DNA of 64,000 nt, taken from positions 32,001 to 96,000 of IMG/VR virus record IMGVR_UViG_3300031800_000001; one strand, given 5' to 3'. The stretch's first letter is position 1, and the number at the start of each line of letters is the position of its first letter. Of the stretch, positions 58,801 through 64,000 are shown in pieces. The notes beneath the pieces are model-generated. The model made no database searches. It had not been told where the DNA came from and saw only the letters and a program-made list of their open reading frames with translations. The position numbers were made by a program, and so were the translations under genes. The stretch comes from a virus.

Positions 58801-58960
58801 AACCTCGACGTCGTCCACGGAGGGTGGGGGAGATTCGAAGGAAGATAGCGAAGCAGACGCGGATAACCATGAAAGATTTGCAGAGTTAATGCAGGCGGTT
58901 GTTCTGCAGACAATAGTTGAGGAACAGAGGCCGGGAGGTTTATTGTGGAAAACGGCGTAA
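40847..58960 (+). CDS. giant tape measure protein (6037 aa) with embedded HAD, LysM, PG-binding and SleB-like domains
   Basis: TP901-type TMP core (AEAATELARQG...KLANVDAAFAVSTDDLA...GNALKSIFTR); long Ala/Lys/Glu coiled coils; TMP-C modules (DDVPVYLKKGEMV, DTVRALLTRGEFV); EEQRPGGLL C-terminus. Confidence 0.88.
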   Translation: MADSFITLGTRLDSASLQSTLRQINSAITRVERKGVNIKVDSGKFTRPLGKITGATNEFTRSLEASNARVLAFGASAGAIFQVQRAFEFLLKSTIEVEKRLQDVNVILAQTDRGLAKFGNNLFSIAQKTAQSFDTVAEAATELARQGLTVEETLQRTNDALILTRLSGMDAAASVSSLTAALNTFNREALTSTQVINKLANVDAAFAVSTDDLAQAMRRVGSTAQDVGVSFDQLLAITASVQQTTARGGPVIGNALKSIFTRIQRKDTLNLLEELGIKVRDLEGQMLPAMNVLGNLAKKFPELSKAQQAHTAEVTAGVFQMNNLRAILADLGKEYSIYDKAVQISTGSTNEAILRNEMLNKTLDAQVKKTMALATQAAKKIGDLTLRPVSERVVGIMQKVLGDINDKDTNDIGGKIAQGMLSGIGNFLSGPGLLLLTGFLGKLGMNLAKFVKESGAQFMGLNTAAVQQKSIQEGIARILQSQPQLIARAATSTQARVVVEREIIGILEQETLAMLNLEKVAQRMAGMMVRGGVTVSGSGQVAAPAYLRGRGPKAAARGTGISAQGHIPNFAKKSEVSEIISAAEGGYKAGQIKQMKMPGLGTMTYNSREQVKHVPGFAQPFINPPLHSKAGRQHREKSVAETGVDPYAVPNFANPAMLSLYARGRLGVGTIGMPGKGAAASLESFGIGRFYKSGPKVPKGQKNVLRTAYDHAIAGHGVSAVKGKIALGEIGEVAVARATMPSDVAKRFYNDLLSPAMGKTAYKGFTDALGGKTKAAGIAQDIVYHQNGTARSFQGARERAMEVLANNPAAKGSFFAKAELTHSTLLEKALFERGAGQHLLPFSKVKMGQGETILDAITVKGGKVIGPAEFKPTFHAGMSGRDARGSLSYKSLFSSDSGKEGGLLHFLRSGMEKNIARGGYKDKSGQFHGPEKLRGDLNKLDDYISTAKTSDFARMQRVSQGEITLEGAKSATAIKDIFGKDVMKLLESTPSASNYDKLMAHFGAAQGFIPNLMMRGSMKKKLATASTSGKGNIFDFDGTLGIPPKGMVTTPTGMRKMQESDTWHGWSVGHMKPTELAMAAAKNKEPITVLTARGQDSVPYIQSWLKAQKIPYSEVIATGSRQYPKGIEKTHQKKAYEIFERPHLRNAKFYEDSRANAYYAALRGASKDMNIQPRIVDFGSRWGQVNPAGQGLIPNFSKDSSLTAAFKREKKATGLPENQLYAASIDTPEYKGLAVGNKRDERTRTDLIKAVKSHPNPARAGMKASGGYIPNFAADSVDYMAMTSGMMMAGMMMQMGGSSAQEKQMLADQKSDFRKQENIKKKARAAAKNQERAQKSQERERTRLQTEVKTAEREGQQATKAQLQAKHGTATTPGGPRTGGVKQAQAAQQRAADRIVRREVNRAIMHGGTPATLAGGAPIPTGGTPARIAGLGMAGVHAEAGGGRGINPATGLPHTAAYNAKIEKLRGVGFGKAQQIIAQSTQTTGTTPRGAVAVHGGDKAAKDLTKKTLLLQKAREAEARAADRVKAASDKKTAAAAKIIAQDKEIAKSSRKVTAAKAAEAKATERAAAMKPDRKAAISKWVKGKGFGLGIGIQMMAGVAEQFVGGKGETPEERAEKAKVRGVGTAAGMAGTGAMIGGVPGALIGLAIGSGLAVMDHQKASKKTAEDYAKAIQKETEARKKALLGAESYIKLQGRLTGMFNRGAGPAEQGLMRRQMKEQLMQVEDAGLRRGLIEAAGDESKMREAMAKVQETISIQEKKGGIGVLAAKAAEAGGGTRTPLMKDLAKTLSSAFELKGIKTWELMGKSGAELTTTLEGMGVGAKEAADMIAALGEENQGLIPQIMAQAQGYEELEAETSRSVESIERMALATADLNYRLSQISNSFEHLMNVSKQFFDHSQKVTKALSGSITGDDTIGKERRERFGLTGNILKNIETNTLKNTLLQKRFHDAILKMTMEKSSAGGSLPGGLQQLQVLAREMIVGPASLAAEAYREIIGDKEGTGGLGRVTARKLEDALSKAENEIKENSLKLAQSNRLLIIQNQLAVSNRSFQRRRTLQESMTAGGAFGGGGIIDALKNLTTVAGIPTRRETSRVAMMQMQGLRDLEKMGFDFANGIGKAIKENLLERTFRAEAPDALEALGMSPDNVSKIINSNFNPDVSKNIIESMNSAQGGMMAQVIDSANLSKIAQEERQYKAKLLEAEFKNRNMLVESLGANVDVTALLIGSNYDLIVSNEKLGEDSMDAQEFGARERRTNDQIYKAAIDTAMKGAVSKMGEIMVKANQGFMQAVEVFRGEQDLQHTRINQEKAFASLAGKTAGAEDMLSSLSRGEKFEMTPPKAEEIFDKSGFTRALSWVLRHEAAFLGMFSPTETMTWENLTESLDTSGVIGVRGHDVKASAFDENMMAFMKRMQRGGGEEDKLRMKAGFEAYRSTLTDANVPQFEQMSISMVRAQEGLLMAFAKISEIADKQGLIERIEDPGGGANIIRGALPLDLADWPKIAEFMGATADPAEAMRQMKKALSEMVFEGDAGKWQPNMIAELSNLSEVVRLMGREKGFEAYELKADPAKLLTALLAIQTAVIGVHPSQQGQIYTRREGSVIGHGTAQGQTFEQAVQRGERTSREFWNEIPVFSQQQPLPEGEYEKMMGAVSSMMEDYRSAGRLLFSNFQKTFKEGGTVNTDIAKQLKRSIDTLEGNEGRIRTILAALAKRTGGEEGFFETHDDLLPLLDGFDTITDEFLAMLRAIIDPDKGIVVDKKLAEQIADLLKDTLPPLKPFRAGQIYTGKPIPDRPEGGGTGDLGKAWATAFSTKVKDDLKNWKMSMDPAGELGSAMSQFEGTGPEWTDALGVLRSVVTALDELDLTISADPLETPLLAIQQSMDALKKINTNGNEDIRNAFNNKEDVVIETLRNILEAILSDESTSSSQREEIRKALNLLPDAYKRTMEDIAGRSGTRMIRDELLKLRQRGNNGTPLSPPLIPGSMLAGQVRRGTQQTSRPLTTMARQTFGKYGRAFLGGNKDYKGPRSGLPSANSLLGIKTSFKNIPDPSKIDDMMRDIQKASPDIKDPAKRASLSYLSMLKTGQKTIFNVAQQVAERLRGDNTLMIEEIHKLAPVLGDLPFRELEEGLKAANKDMSAVVRDQTDATSKAAGMAKTLSKHTMEMANIFINQNLLANFRGPQQIDKARKVGKQWMDTLKEGIPDIGGKMDPSRLGPEGLKPGTYKGGLFGGKLNQDGLWRRAAARKEGDPFIPDRTRDYEHSMMGPGSIWQLSPTRGDDTFANKRDMAYRFLEKLKQGKAHQRMMAAPGGTTGGPPALGFQPGREHTILGGETAGVIAQKFGVSLENLKEANSQIADINRINAGDKMNIPAQYSIEHTLGQKLTANQQKKIAEQLDKQFKEGVVYHNEMHKATVARKKIAENAKEIAGIEEKIKNRTIEASKAQDKLKALYAQRVMIESKLNEKEKSLAIQSSKIGDDNIRARHQAVVLRAALEQRAIKERTDQTAMLQKTVDVHGGRALLPEEIKDPRAKAAADQIAINEAANEQGQRFVDSLQAERDALLQANAALEGFSKAIGISSKDLQNMSPFELNLELIRQEGLPRQNLLDAMRSPRMPQPGGKFAAQTFSAISPSRVGEAQQKNLKEEMEKILRIEKEAAAGPRKIHLAESKVAEAKIITAGFMREPEFKAFEKSSGALKTAENKRVSEEEKVVTLLVAKGELLKKEGDNAKALDALGEEIENANTAVVIARGVEKTAIDKHNATYAEYINVIKAGEDAENELNKAKQSHIDALGAQGVIIRNWGSVAEAAIEIQKRFVTAEHVKRMEQLDTQIASTTMSLALMDDPKKFRELLESTKKLTEAQLRLAAKQARLEEAAGIGTAQDTYQREQDVTRQQLRTGKIGVWEAFGADTFEKGEAMSRGWKERVLDDMIEIREGMISSFSDGWAAFALEGKSASEVAKQWGRDFLRMINQAFYNATIGRFMGNLMSGGFGSYGRPSLPRQQSGGELHGPSHSKGGIKLEAEGGEFIVRKSEVRKPGVLGHLREINEGRVFQQGGPVGINRNIWRHPTTWPDQQPVMPGWGGGRQLGGKFQGQQNWAGQKVLPNAAGNPGGQHGIFANDFAPPAFHHRQSELEMIDLFNQRAGAAGNPFNLQKGKGAAFAKNRMDNMMQAIAGGGYLDNEHTLLGFGHRIGPNGPMLPLPARLNEKEHAAREQLQFFQDENPLAFNHLNQWWRKNKSGWTNPQVYQEGGHVMPLGAPGFSIAEKREAFKNQTLRDLKRLKMDHPRGWDIEGWPPMWTPWKQFDNEQEYKKAIVAQRRADWQADMNREDEIQGMRKAGFGPKGMLLRRDPWPGPAPVGPPFVPGPAMFAPDPRNNQGGAGMLDRMEAMRRQIEAARGNRPELVRPDKYEDGGRVTLSKPTVANVPKLDKNYILKLANNPHVLNWMKDPNTIERFNLKGNETFEGAYMKMIRHAEKIKLKPGRMNQTLSGAGIPLWRDGMTPDVANKMMGAGWIRPEAFGVLNEWFNIRDGGRGGMWARDEKNTGRWGGGVNAFYTGESEIKDQQRGLNKNLTSMGLMSPNPKPGQIKPLKVDGWDGDATTAALTLFRNKKGIPIPSRAATNDEILAHPTFAPHRIPLPGKLRDKKTRDALGMVGHHPGMSRAGWRGVAPWDMMKEKRFKSTNRAEVEVHPYTGMVDQDGPGVREGWELDPKSKWYREEEGFPSRYEIIPGKGLGHVVKVGESITAIGQQYKKEMMLSGSKDGSATTLSLALQAANPKLMETLKQRAGGKPDISKFLMPNDVVLIPGGGNLFDPKANMKAGELDGKPFPGFRRGWWDQFNKQHSSFKMDYMEYGAGGVVWDPRSSASVPNRFTRQSRLQIPGTPVSGIEGNQLLPQHRAWNNRLSAFWATTFAASGNNVPLATQRFYDGIQDHMTAGRVRAAGGQHGVSPGGYRYTRGPAVSTLVGGNIDDGGVAGMGPPARGHRIAMRNANSYFQREETPDFAPWGIHPSAVDKDVARVIFSEVGAQHEDLVHVVGDAMRNRYDNQASRTRHGISTEHGISVNGARYPARVRDRAWQVQAPNRNGRGLTWRAATAAEGVTASKIGMKDIAWQGAPGGFRPETTQQFTAIGHRENDNWHLSGRLSVFHQSPQGFADMNTWLGGGPAGRAVTAQYSRHYGSDVLGNATDGWIGARESIQNVWKKSLAQSASNKRIGNPADGVTLPGQQQSGLLAKDDEWYKSWQIGMSSEFDPRMKPTAMTQNVGPFWLWRADYTTDWQSRANDQQRSDRGLPTRRGRVQADRRQRGGLITAGSGVTDDVPVYLKKGEMVMTQKAVQDNGVQYFKDIEAGRVRMEEGGEVDEEMINEANKATEKNQENEGEETGERNPPSLNEKYGMNLAEAWGGAPGEFKMEGIATQDKKWYNSGNMPGQGMRRVAEVVEERFGKGFKYGGTNTFAYNDPDKPSLGRFFVDNKMSMYAMEAKDNPQNEMREKRRKMFVDYKVYLNDEYKNRKQQFDDFKKKKKQMLKAAWIQFAVAMVQVGVAAKSESANAEYGTEEQVKANPGKYKSMKGAPKGTKAGSYVNPTAQASWANKMKWADSPGGSALIAGTTTAAIGYGMGMEGKDIALTAGTAMATAAITSYAKIKGMGKQEQNALNSNDPAIQQAALDRWKKHLRPEEIAGAEQSIEFHGTEQQLKQWVKEENKWQKSSMHWANLANDDQTPEGQRALAKRTAQSHANKLRHVQAQKNAFIGNSQALHPDLLVRDAKNNVWGMNAKTRANLKSIKIGWARSKEAATVRRNQLEGMNENADMLGRMMQPGGNMGGFPIPRKAQGGLITGADGPPGEDTVRALLTRGEFVVSKEGVDKFPGGANALLRYNDIAKHGGQVARFAEGGMVTGRESQFNPTSPITAATGGALGLNVGQGAEGMTDSLMQLVDIVQSIRDTVDKETAEKQREKTAGGQNDTQNGTSGVNQEITNNVAVTVNVNNDGTTDATSTSSTEGGGDSKEDSEADADNHERFAELMQAVVLQTIVEEQRPGGLLWKTA

Positions 58961-58988
58961 ATCAAGTTAAATAAGGATACAACAGAAA

Positions 58989-59885
58989 ATGGCAAAAGAA
59001 TCAATTTATAATCGGGGCTCCATAAAGGAAGGCGGGAACACGGTTGTCTGCCAATCAAGGTTTCATGCGCCAACACACGCAAGGGTCGGATCTTACATAA
59101 GGTTCTATGGCGACAACGAGATGTATCAAATAGCAAAGATGGAGCCATTTTTTTGCATACTTGATTTTGAAACAATAATATCAGATAGGGTTTTTGTGAA
59201 AGATGAAGACGCCGTGGGATTGGTCGTGGGAGACCTAGTAGAAATTTCATACAAAGAGTACGAGCTCTCAGCCTCTATAAACGTAATGAACGGGGGAGAA
59301 GGGTACTTAAAAGGTGACACTTTTATCGTAAAAGATGGTGTGCCAGCGGAAGACGTGATAAGTACAGAGAAAAGTCATGCAAAAATTGAAGTAATTGAAG
59401 TGGATAAAAACGGTTGCGTCATAAAAGTTAAAGTCGTTGATTGCGGGAAATATTGGGAATCTCCGCCGGAGCAAGTTTCATTAGGTTGGGAACCGAAAGG
59501 CGGTTCAGGAAAAGGCGCAGAACTAGCTTTAGTATATAAGACAACAGATTATCGGTCCGCGATGACAAGAGAGGTCACCTCGCTGGAGGTTGCAGAAGGG
59601 GGCTGGAGGGTAATTTTTTCGAATACGCTCCCTCCTAATGTGCTTGGGGGCAAGCTTTCTTGTAAAAAACATAAATTGATTTTAAGTTCTACTTATGTTT
59701 CTATGACAAAATGGTCGGAGCATTTTCAACTTATAGTAGACTTTACGCCTAATTGTGGGGTGCCATTGATGCTGGAGAATAGTTTATCTGTGTCGTTGGT
59801 ATACAATAAGGCTATGATACTTTTAGATAAGAAAATAAAAATGCTTGAAAAAGAAATCGAAAGCCTAAAAGAGAAAGCGGATTAA
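58989..59885 (+). CDS. hypothetical virion protein
   Basis: INVMNGGEGY...VKVVDCGKY beta repeats and a C-terminal coiled coil; GCGTAA motif variant at 58955-58960. Confidence 0.65.
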   Translation: MAKESIYNRGSIKEGGNTVVCQSRFHAPTHARVGSYIRFYGDNEMYQIAKMEPFFCILDFETIISDRVFVKDEDAVGLVVGDLVEISYKEYELSASINVMNGGEGYLKGDTFIVKDGVPAEDVISTEKSHAKIEVIEVDKNGCVIKVKVVDCGKYWESPPEQVSLGWEPKGGSGKGAELALVYKTTDYRSAMTREVTSLEVAEGGWRVIFSNTLPPNVLGGKLSCKKHKLILSSTYVSMTKWSEHFQLIVDFTPNCGVPLMLENSLSVSLVYNKAMILLDKKIKMLEKEIESLKEKAD

Positions 59886-60841
59886 AACTCTTTGGGTAAT
59901 CTGTCCTCTAGTTCTTCCTGTGTGAAACTAGGGTATTCTTGTATGACTCTGTTGTAAATCTTCGCGGAAACAACGGCCTGTTTACCGTTAGGAGAAGTTG
60001 GTTTGGACACGATAAGCTTGGGGTCTTCTATGTATCCGCATCCGGGTGTTATAACTATAACCTCAGTTAACGAACCGTTTTCTATGATACATTGATATTT
60101 AGGAGACATAGCTCCAACATATTCACACTGAAACTCTATAGTCGGGGGGGCTGTGTAGCTTGATCCACCGCTCAGAATATCCACGATTAAAATATTATGG
60201 AATGGCGTAAATCTTAAGGCGTCTTGCCTGCCGTATCTTTGGTTGAAAAGCTCCACGTAAAATCTCTGTTGAGAGGTGGTAAACGCATCGAAGGAGTCGA
60301 CCAAACCAACGGGTGTGCCTTTGTAATAAATTTGACCATTTCTTTGGCTAAATCTAGAATCGTTCTGAGATATACCTGTCCACTCCCCATTGCTTTTCAC
60401 AACCTCAAGGGTTTCAGCCCATTTTGTGAGCACAAAGTTCGGCAAGTCTCTTAGGAACTCTTTGTTGGTAACTATTATTTTCTTTTCTTTTTCGTCATTT
60501 TTTTCTAGAGCTCGCATGAATTGAATATCCAAATCCTTAAGCAACTCTCTTCTTTGTGGCATCCAATAATTAAAATTTAATTCTATCATTTTAGCAGAAT
60601 CCCATTTTACGGAATCGGTTGCTCGATCATAGACAAGACACGGCAAATAAAATTCAGGTATGACTTTGTCGCCAGAATCGACAACCGTGGCGTGAAGGAC
60701 ATCGTCCATCGTTTTTTTATTAGTGTCGAGGGTGTAGTGGAAAAGGAAGTCGATATCTTGCCCAGCCCTTATAATGTGCATCTCAGACGGAGGGGCTTGA
60801 TTTTTATCCTCGGGCTTAAAAAATATAACTAAAATTTGCAT
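59882..60841 (-). CDS. tail fibre assembly chaperone-like protein with C-terminal beta repeats
   Basis: QRRELLKDLDIQFMRALE...KEFLRDLP chaperone-like segment; ILSGGSSYTAPPTI and VITPGCGYIEDP repeats. Confidence 0.6.
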   Translation of the reverse strand: MQILVIFFKPEDKNQAPPSEMHIIRAGQDIDFLFHYTLDTNKKTMDDVLHATVVDSGDKVIPEFYLPCLVYDRATDSVKWDSAKMIELNFNYWMPQRRELLKDLDIQFMRALEKNDEKEKKIIVTNKEFLRDLPNFVLTKWAETLEVVKSNGEWTGISQNDSRFSQRNGQIYYKGTPVGLVDSFDAFTTSQQRFYVELFNQRYGRQDALRFTPFHNILIVDILSGGSSYTAPPTIEFQCEYVGAMSPKYQCIIENGSLTEVIVITPGCGYIEDPKLIVSKPTSPNGKQAVVSAKIYNRVIQEYPSFTQEELEDRLPKEF

Positions 60842-60843
60842 GA

Positions 60844-63800
60844 TTAACTTAAATTGTAAGTGCTAATACCTTGGTCTTGTCCGTACTTAGTAGCTTTTGT
60901 CGTGTCCCAAGTATCAAAATTGTAATCAAAAACTGGATCAGAACTTAATTGGCCAAATCCACCAAGGTCTTCTCCTCCCGGTGGGAAAGGCGAGCCGAGT
61001 AATATGCCAACAAAAAGATTTCCTTGTACTGGCCTGCTACCTTGACCGAAGCCTCCAAGCGCAGAGTCTTTGAGGGTGAAGTGAGTCGTTGTCTTTTGGA
61101 GAACGCCATCCTTTGTGAGTATTTGCATATTTGGAGAAAGAGATGAGTCCGACCCATAAACGGGGATTCTGTCAGTTGCTGTCCTCCATTTGGGCGTCGC
61201 AGAGAACCAAACAACTATTTCATACTGATCTGTGGGTTGTGGCGTAGTAAATGTAAATTTGCGAGCTTGTCTGTATGCTTGGATAGTTGTGAAATTATAT
61301 TTTGTTTCTGGGCTTTTACCTCCAGTACTCCAAGCTCTTCTTATTTGATAGTCTCCGGCGTAATCCACAAGGGTAATTGTATCGAAACCTCCTAGGTGAT
61401 AGCTAAGGTCTGTCGCGCAATCCCAGTTAACGTTTACGACTGCCCAAGCTCTCCACGACAAAGAGCCAGCCAAGAAGGCGTTTCTCGCTCCAATCTTGAT
61501 AACGTTATCGGAAAACTCGTTGCCCCATAATAATTTTTTAACTATATCTTTTTTGGTGGGTCTTTGTTTTCCGGCTTCCGATAAAAAATGATCAACAAAC
61601 GCAACGGCCATATAAAGATGCGTAAATGATCCGACCTCTCCTATAGCGCTCTCGGATTGAATGTTCTGGAACGGAGTAGGCACGCTAAGTGCATAATCAA
61701 GACTGGAGGTAAACCCTTGGCCCATAACGAGATACGTCTCGGCGCTCAAATTGAGTCTATACGGACTCGTTAGCTCTGCTGAGTTATCGCCCCCAAGGCT
61801 TCCATCGTCATCTATGAGGCCATTTTGTAGCATCGTTGGTATGTCGGAGGTGTCAAAGTGACTTCTTGAAATTAAGAAGGCGGCATTTGTAACATCAGCT
61901 TGTCCTGTAACGCGTCCCGGAAGATCTCTTCTAAGGAGAAAATTAAGAGTTCCATCGGCGTTTAACCATTGGTCGGTACAGTAATTGACAGTGTTTGGGT
62001 GCACGCAGTTTTCTGCAGCTTGACCGGGTCCTTCTGCAACTCGGTGAGTTAATCTTATTCCACTTGCGGGTGTGTTTTGAATATATAATATATCATATCC
62101 AGCTGGATTTTCAGCATGAGAGGAGTCCTGAGTGAGGACACCGGCGGGAGTATATAAAACTTGACCTCCAGCAGAAGAGTTGCCGTCTGCATCTATAGCT
62201 TCTACAACGACATCCATTGCTCTAAGTGGGGTAACGATTTCCCCTCTTACGGAGGGATAATCGTATCCAGCGGGCAAAGCAATGTCCATATTATCATTTA
62301 AAGAAAGAGAATAATTAAGGTCAGCAGGAGTCTGGCCAGTAATCTCCTTATGAATCAAGGGGTCTGGGAAATCATTTCCGGGACCAGATGGTTTTCTAAA
62401 GGTTATCCTAAATGTATAATCTTGAGGGAGAGCCAGCCCTGCCAGTTCAGTTGGATCACCCGCGAAACCGGCTTGCCAAGCTATGTTGGCGTTCCCAAGA
62501 TGATAATAGGGCCAGCCGTCTTTGCTTCCAGCGTCGTTATCAACGTTAGTTAACGCGTAGTTTGCCGCTTCTGATACCTGCTGTGTAAAGTCTGATAAAT
62601 CTGTGGCCCCAGCTAAAGAAAGCGCAGATATGGATACGTCCCTAATAAGATTAATATCACTGACGGTTACGCTAGCTGCGCAGTGAGCGTTCCTACTTTC
62701 TGATCTTCCGTGTTTGTTTACCGAATAAATCCTTACATAGTATGTTCCGTTTTGGAATGGAATAAAATATGTGGATGGAGAACTGCCATCGTCAGGAACA
62801 AACCTACTAAAATATACACCGTTTGGGTGGGCTCCCCATATATCTTCATGAAAATCTTCGCTGTTAACGAAATTGGCGTCCCTCTTTATGTAAATATTAT
62901 AGCCAGCTAAATTAGTGTCTGGACTTGGCTTATTCCATCGAATCGTAACCTTTTTTGCTGTTAAGCTGCCTAGCTGAGAAATGGTAAATGGACTAGACGA
63001 GAACGTAGGAGCATTTGGGGTGCCTATAGATTCCGTCACGAGGGGCTCGTATTTTTTATCAACAAAATCAAACTTATCGGGGTCATGCGCTACGCATTGA
63101 ACTCCATATCTGAAATTATTTTTTTCTTCTACCCCGATGACTTTCCAGAGCTCTTGATCTCGTTTACCGCCGTGTCCTTGGAGCAAAGCGCCGGTATATG
63201 CCACTGACCAGATGAAACTGTCTGGCGAATCCTCTACGAACCCGGAATAGTTGACCCCATCAGGAGCTAATTGTTCATTCCCGTTTCTGTCCCAAAGCAG
63301 CCCTGTGAATCCTGTTACGTTGTAATCTTTGTCGTTGAGTACGTTTGTTCCGTTGTGGTATAGCCCCGTGAAATGTATTATAGTGTGGTTTTCAATGGAC
63401 GTTTTGTCATAGTCAGAAATTGATAATGACCCATCAGCCATTAAGTCATTGGTGGCCCAACCACTTTCTCCCACGAAGTTGGTTAATGTTCCGACCCCGG
63501 CATCTGCTTTCCTGAAATTAAGATTCTGAACAGCGGATTTTCTGCTATAAAGATTTGCCAAATCGCTTGTGCTAAGGTCAGTTACCAGAGGGTCACCATA
63601 AGCTGGAGGGGTTACGATGCTAAAATTTAATTGAGCCTTATCGCCGAGCTCAGGTATTGAATAATGAGCGCCACCATCAAGCCAACCAGATATCGAGCTA
63701 TCAAGAACTGCTCTCCCCGTCCAGTTCGGTTGGCCGTCCATGTTATGGCCAGAAGAAATCTGAAAATTAAGAATTCTCCCCCCCCTTCTCCTTGTAGCTA

Positions 63801-63999
63801 CGTCTTGATACGTCCCCCTGTTTGCGTCTGACGTAGCAACAATATCCCCCGCCTGAAGATAAGCCCCTTCTATTCCGGCTGTAAAGTTGCAGGTTTCTGT
63901 TTCGAGCCTTTCGGTGGCTAAGGTCCATTGTCCCCATCTTTGTGCTTGATTTTTTGAGGTCGTACCAAAGGCGGTTATATCTTTTACTCTTATTCCATA
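60844..63999 (-). CDS. lambda gpJ-like tail tip/host specificity protein with FN3 domain, 5'-truncated
   Basis: Frame stays open beyond the track start (63741) to the window edge: YGIRVKDITAFGTTSKNQAQRWGQWTLATERLETETCNFTAGIEGAYLQAGDIV...RRGGRI, the J-family signature. FN3-like IRWNKP...LAGYNIY...YYVRIYSVN. Confidence 0.82.
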   Translation of the reverse strand, partial: YGIRVKDITAFGTTSKNQAQRWGQWTLATERLETETCNFTAGIEGAYLQAGDIVATSDANRGTYQDVATRRRGGRILNFQISSGHNMDGQPNWTGRAVLDSSISGWLDGGAHYSIPELGDKAQLNFSIVTPPAYGDPLVTDLSTSDLANLYSRKSAVQNLNFRKADAGVGTLTNFVGESGWATNDLMADGSLSISDYDKTSIENHTIIHFTGLYHNGTNVLNDKDYNVTGFTGLLWDRNGNEQLAPDGVNYSGFVEDSPDSFIWSVAYTGALLQGHGGKRDQELWKVIGVEEKNNFRYGVQCVAHDPDKFDFVDKKYEPLVTESIGTPNAPTFSSSPFTISQLGSLTAKKVTIRWNKPSPDTNLAGYNIYIKRDANFVNSEDFHEDIWGAHPNGVYFSRFVPDDGSSPSTYFIPFQNGTYYVRIYSVNKHGRSESRNAHCAASVTVSDINLIRDVSISALSLAGATDLSDFTQQVSEAANYALTNVDNDAGSKDGWPYYHLGNANIAWQAGFAGDPTELAGLALPQDYTFRITFRKPSGPGNDFPDPLIHKEITGQTPADLNYSLSLNDNMDIALPAGYDYPSVRGEIVTPLRAMDVVVEAIDADGNSSAGGQVLYTPAGVLTQDSSHAENPAGYDILYIQNTPASGIRLTHRVAEGPGQAAENCVHPNTVNYCTDQWLNADGTLNFLLRRDLPGRVTGQADVTNAAFLISRSHFDTSDIPTMLQNGLIDDDGSLGGDNSAELTSPYRLNLSAETYLVMGQGFTSSLDYALSVPTPFQNIQSESAIGEVGSFTHLYMAVAFVDHFLSEAGKQRPTKKDIVKKLLWGNEFSDNVIKIGARNAFLAGSLSWRAWAVVNVNWDCATDLSYHLGGFDTITLVDYAGDYQIRRAWSTGGKSPETKYNFTTIQAYRQARKFTFTTPQPTDQYEIVVWFSATPKWRTATDRIPVYGSDSSLSPNMQILTKDGVLQKTTTHFTLKDSALGGFGQGSRPVQGNLFVGILLGSPFPPGGEDLGGFGQLSSDPVFDYNFDTWDTTKATKYGQDQGISTYNLS

Positions 64000-64000
64000 T

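Noticed and set aside
40847-58960. Giant ORF as a virion RNA polymerase (N4/crAss-like)
   Set aside because: No DxDGD catalytic motif in a polymerase context. DFDGT belongs to a HAD motif I and DGWDGD to a PG-binding-like helix pair. The N-terminus and position are those of a TMP.
7-59320. Numerous minus-strand ORFs of 60-240 aa and short alternative-frame + ORFs in the track
   Set aside because: They are shadows of long + strand genes, with no motifs or initiation signals.
1-64000. Alternative genetic code (stop reassignment)
   Set aside because: Genes tile densely under the standard code, and TAA, TAG and TGA all terminate genes at sensible boundaries.
1-64000. CRISPR arrays, tRNA/rRNA genes, IS elements, integrase
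   Set aside because: No repeat-spacer periodicity, cloverleaf or transposase/recombinase motifs seen by eye, and intergenic gaps are mostly very short. tRNAscan and Infernal were not run.

Overview
This 64 kb window is the late (morphogenesis) region of a large, probably jumbo, tailed dsDNA phage. No tail sheath is seen and a lambda-J-like tip protein is present, so it looks siphovirus-like. The host is probably diderm, since lipoproteins are encoded. Order on the + strand: PhoH, Zn-ribbon, ECF-like sigma factor, FkbM methyltransferase, C2H2-ERCC4 nuclease, terminase large subunit, portal, a tail-tube paralogue, a tubulin/FtsZ-family GTPase, holin/spanin-like genes, ClpP, prohead protease/scaffold, decoration protein, major capsid protein, collagen-like fibres each paired with a LamG-like gene, a tightly coupled glycosyltransferase + 2 radical SAM + 3 sulfotransferase cluster, head-tail and tail genes, tail chaperones and a 6037-aa tape measure protein. 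A minus-strand tail-tip block converges on it. Three highlights: (1) a candidate system for decorating the virion with sulfated glycans, with a striking excess of Ser-Gly/Thr-Gly dipeptides in exposed structural proteins next to the glycosyltransferase/radical SAM/sulfotransferase cluster; (2) a tape measure protein that looks like a polyprotein, with cargo domains (HAD phosphatase, LysM, PG-binding, SleB-like hydrolase) punctuated by two families of repeated short motifs; (3) a recurrent GTGTAA motif upstream of late genes, the probable target of the phage sigma factor. All annotations come from reading motifs by eye; no database searches were run.
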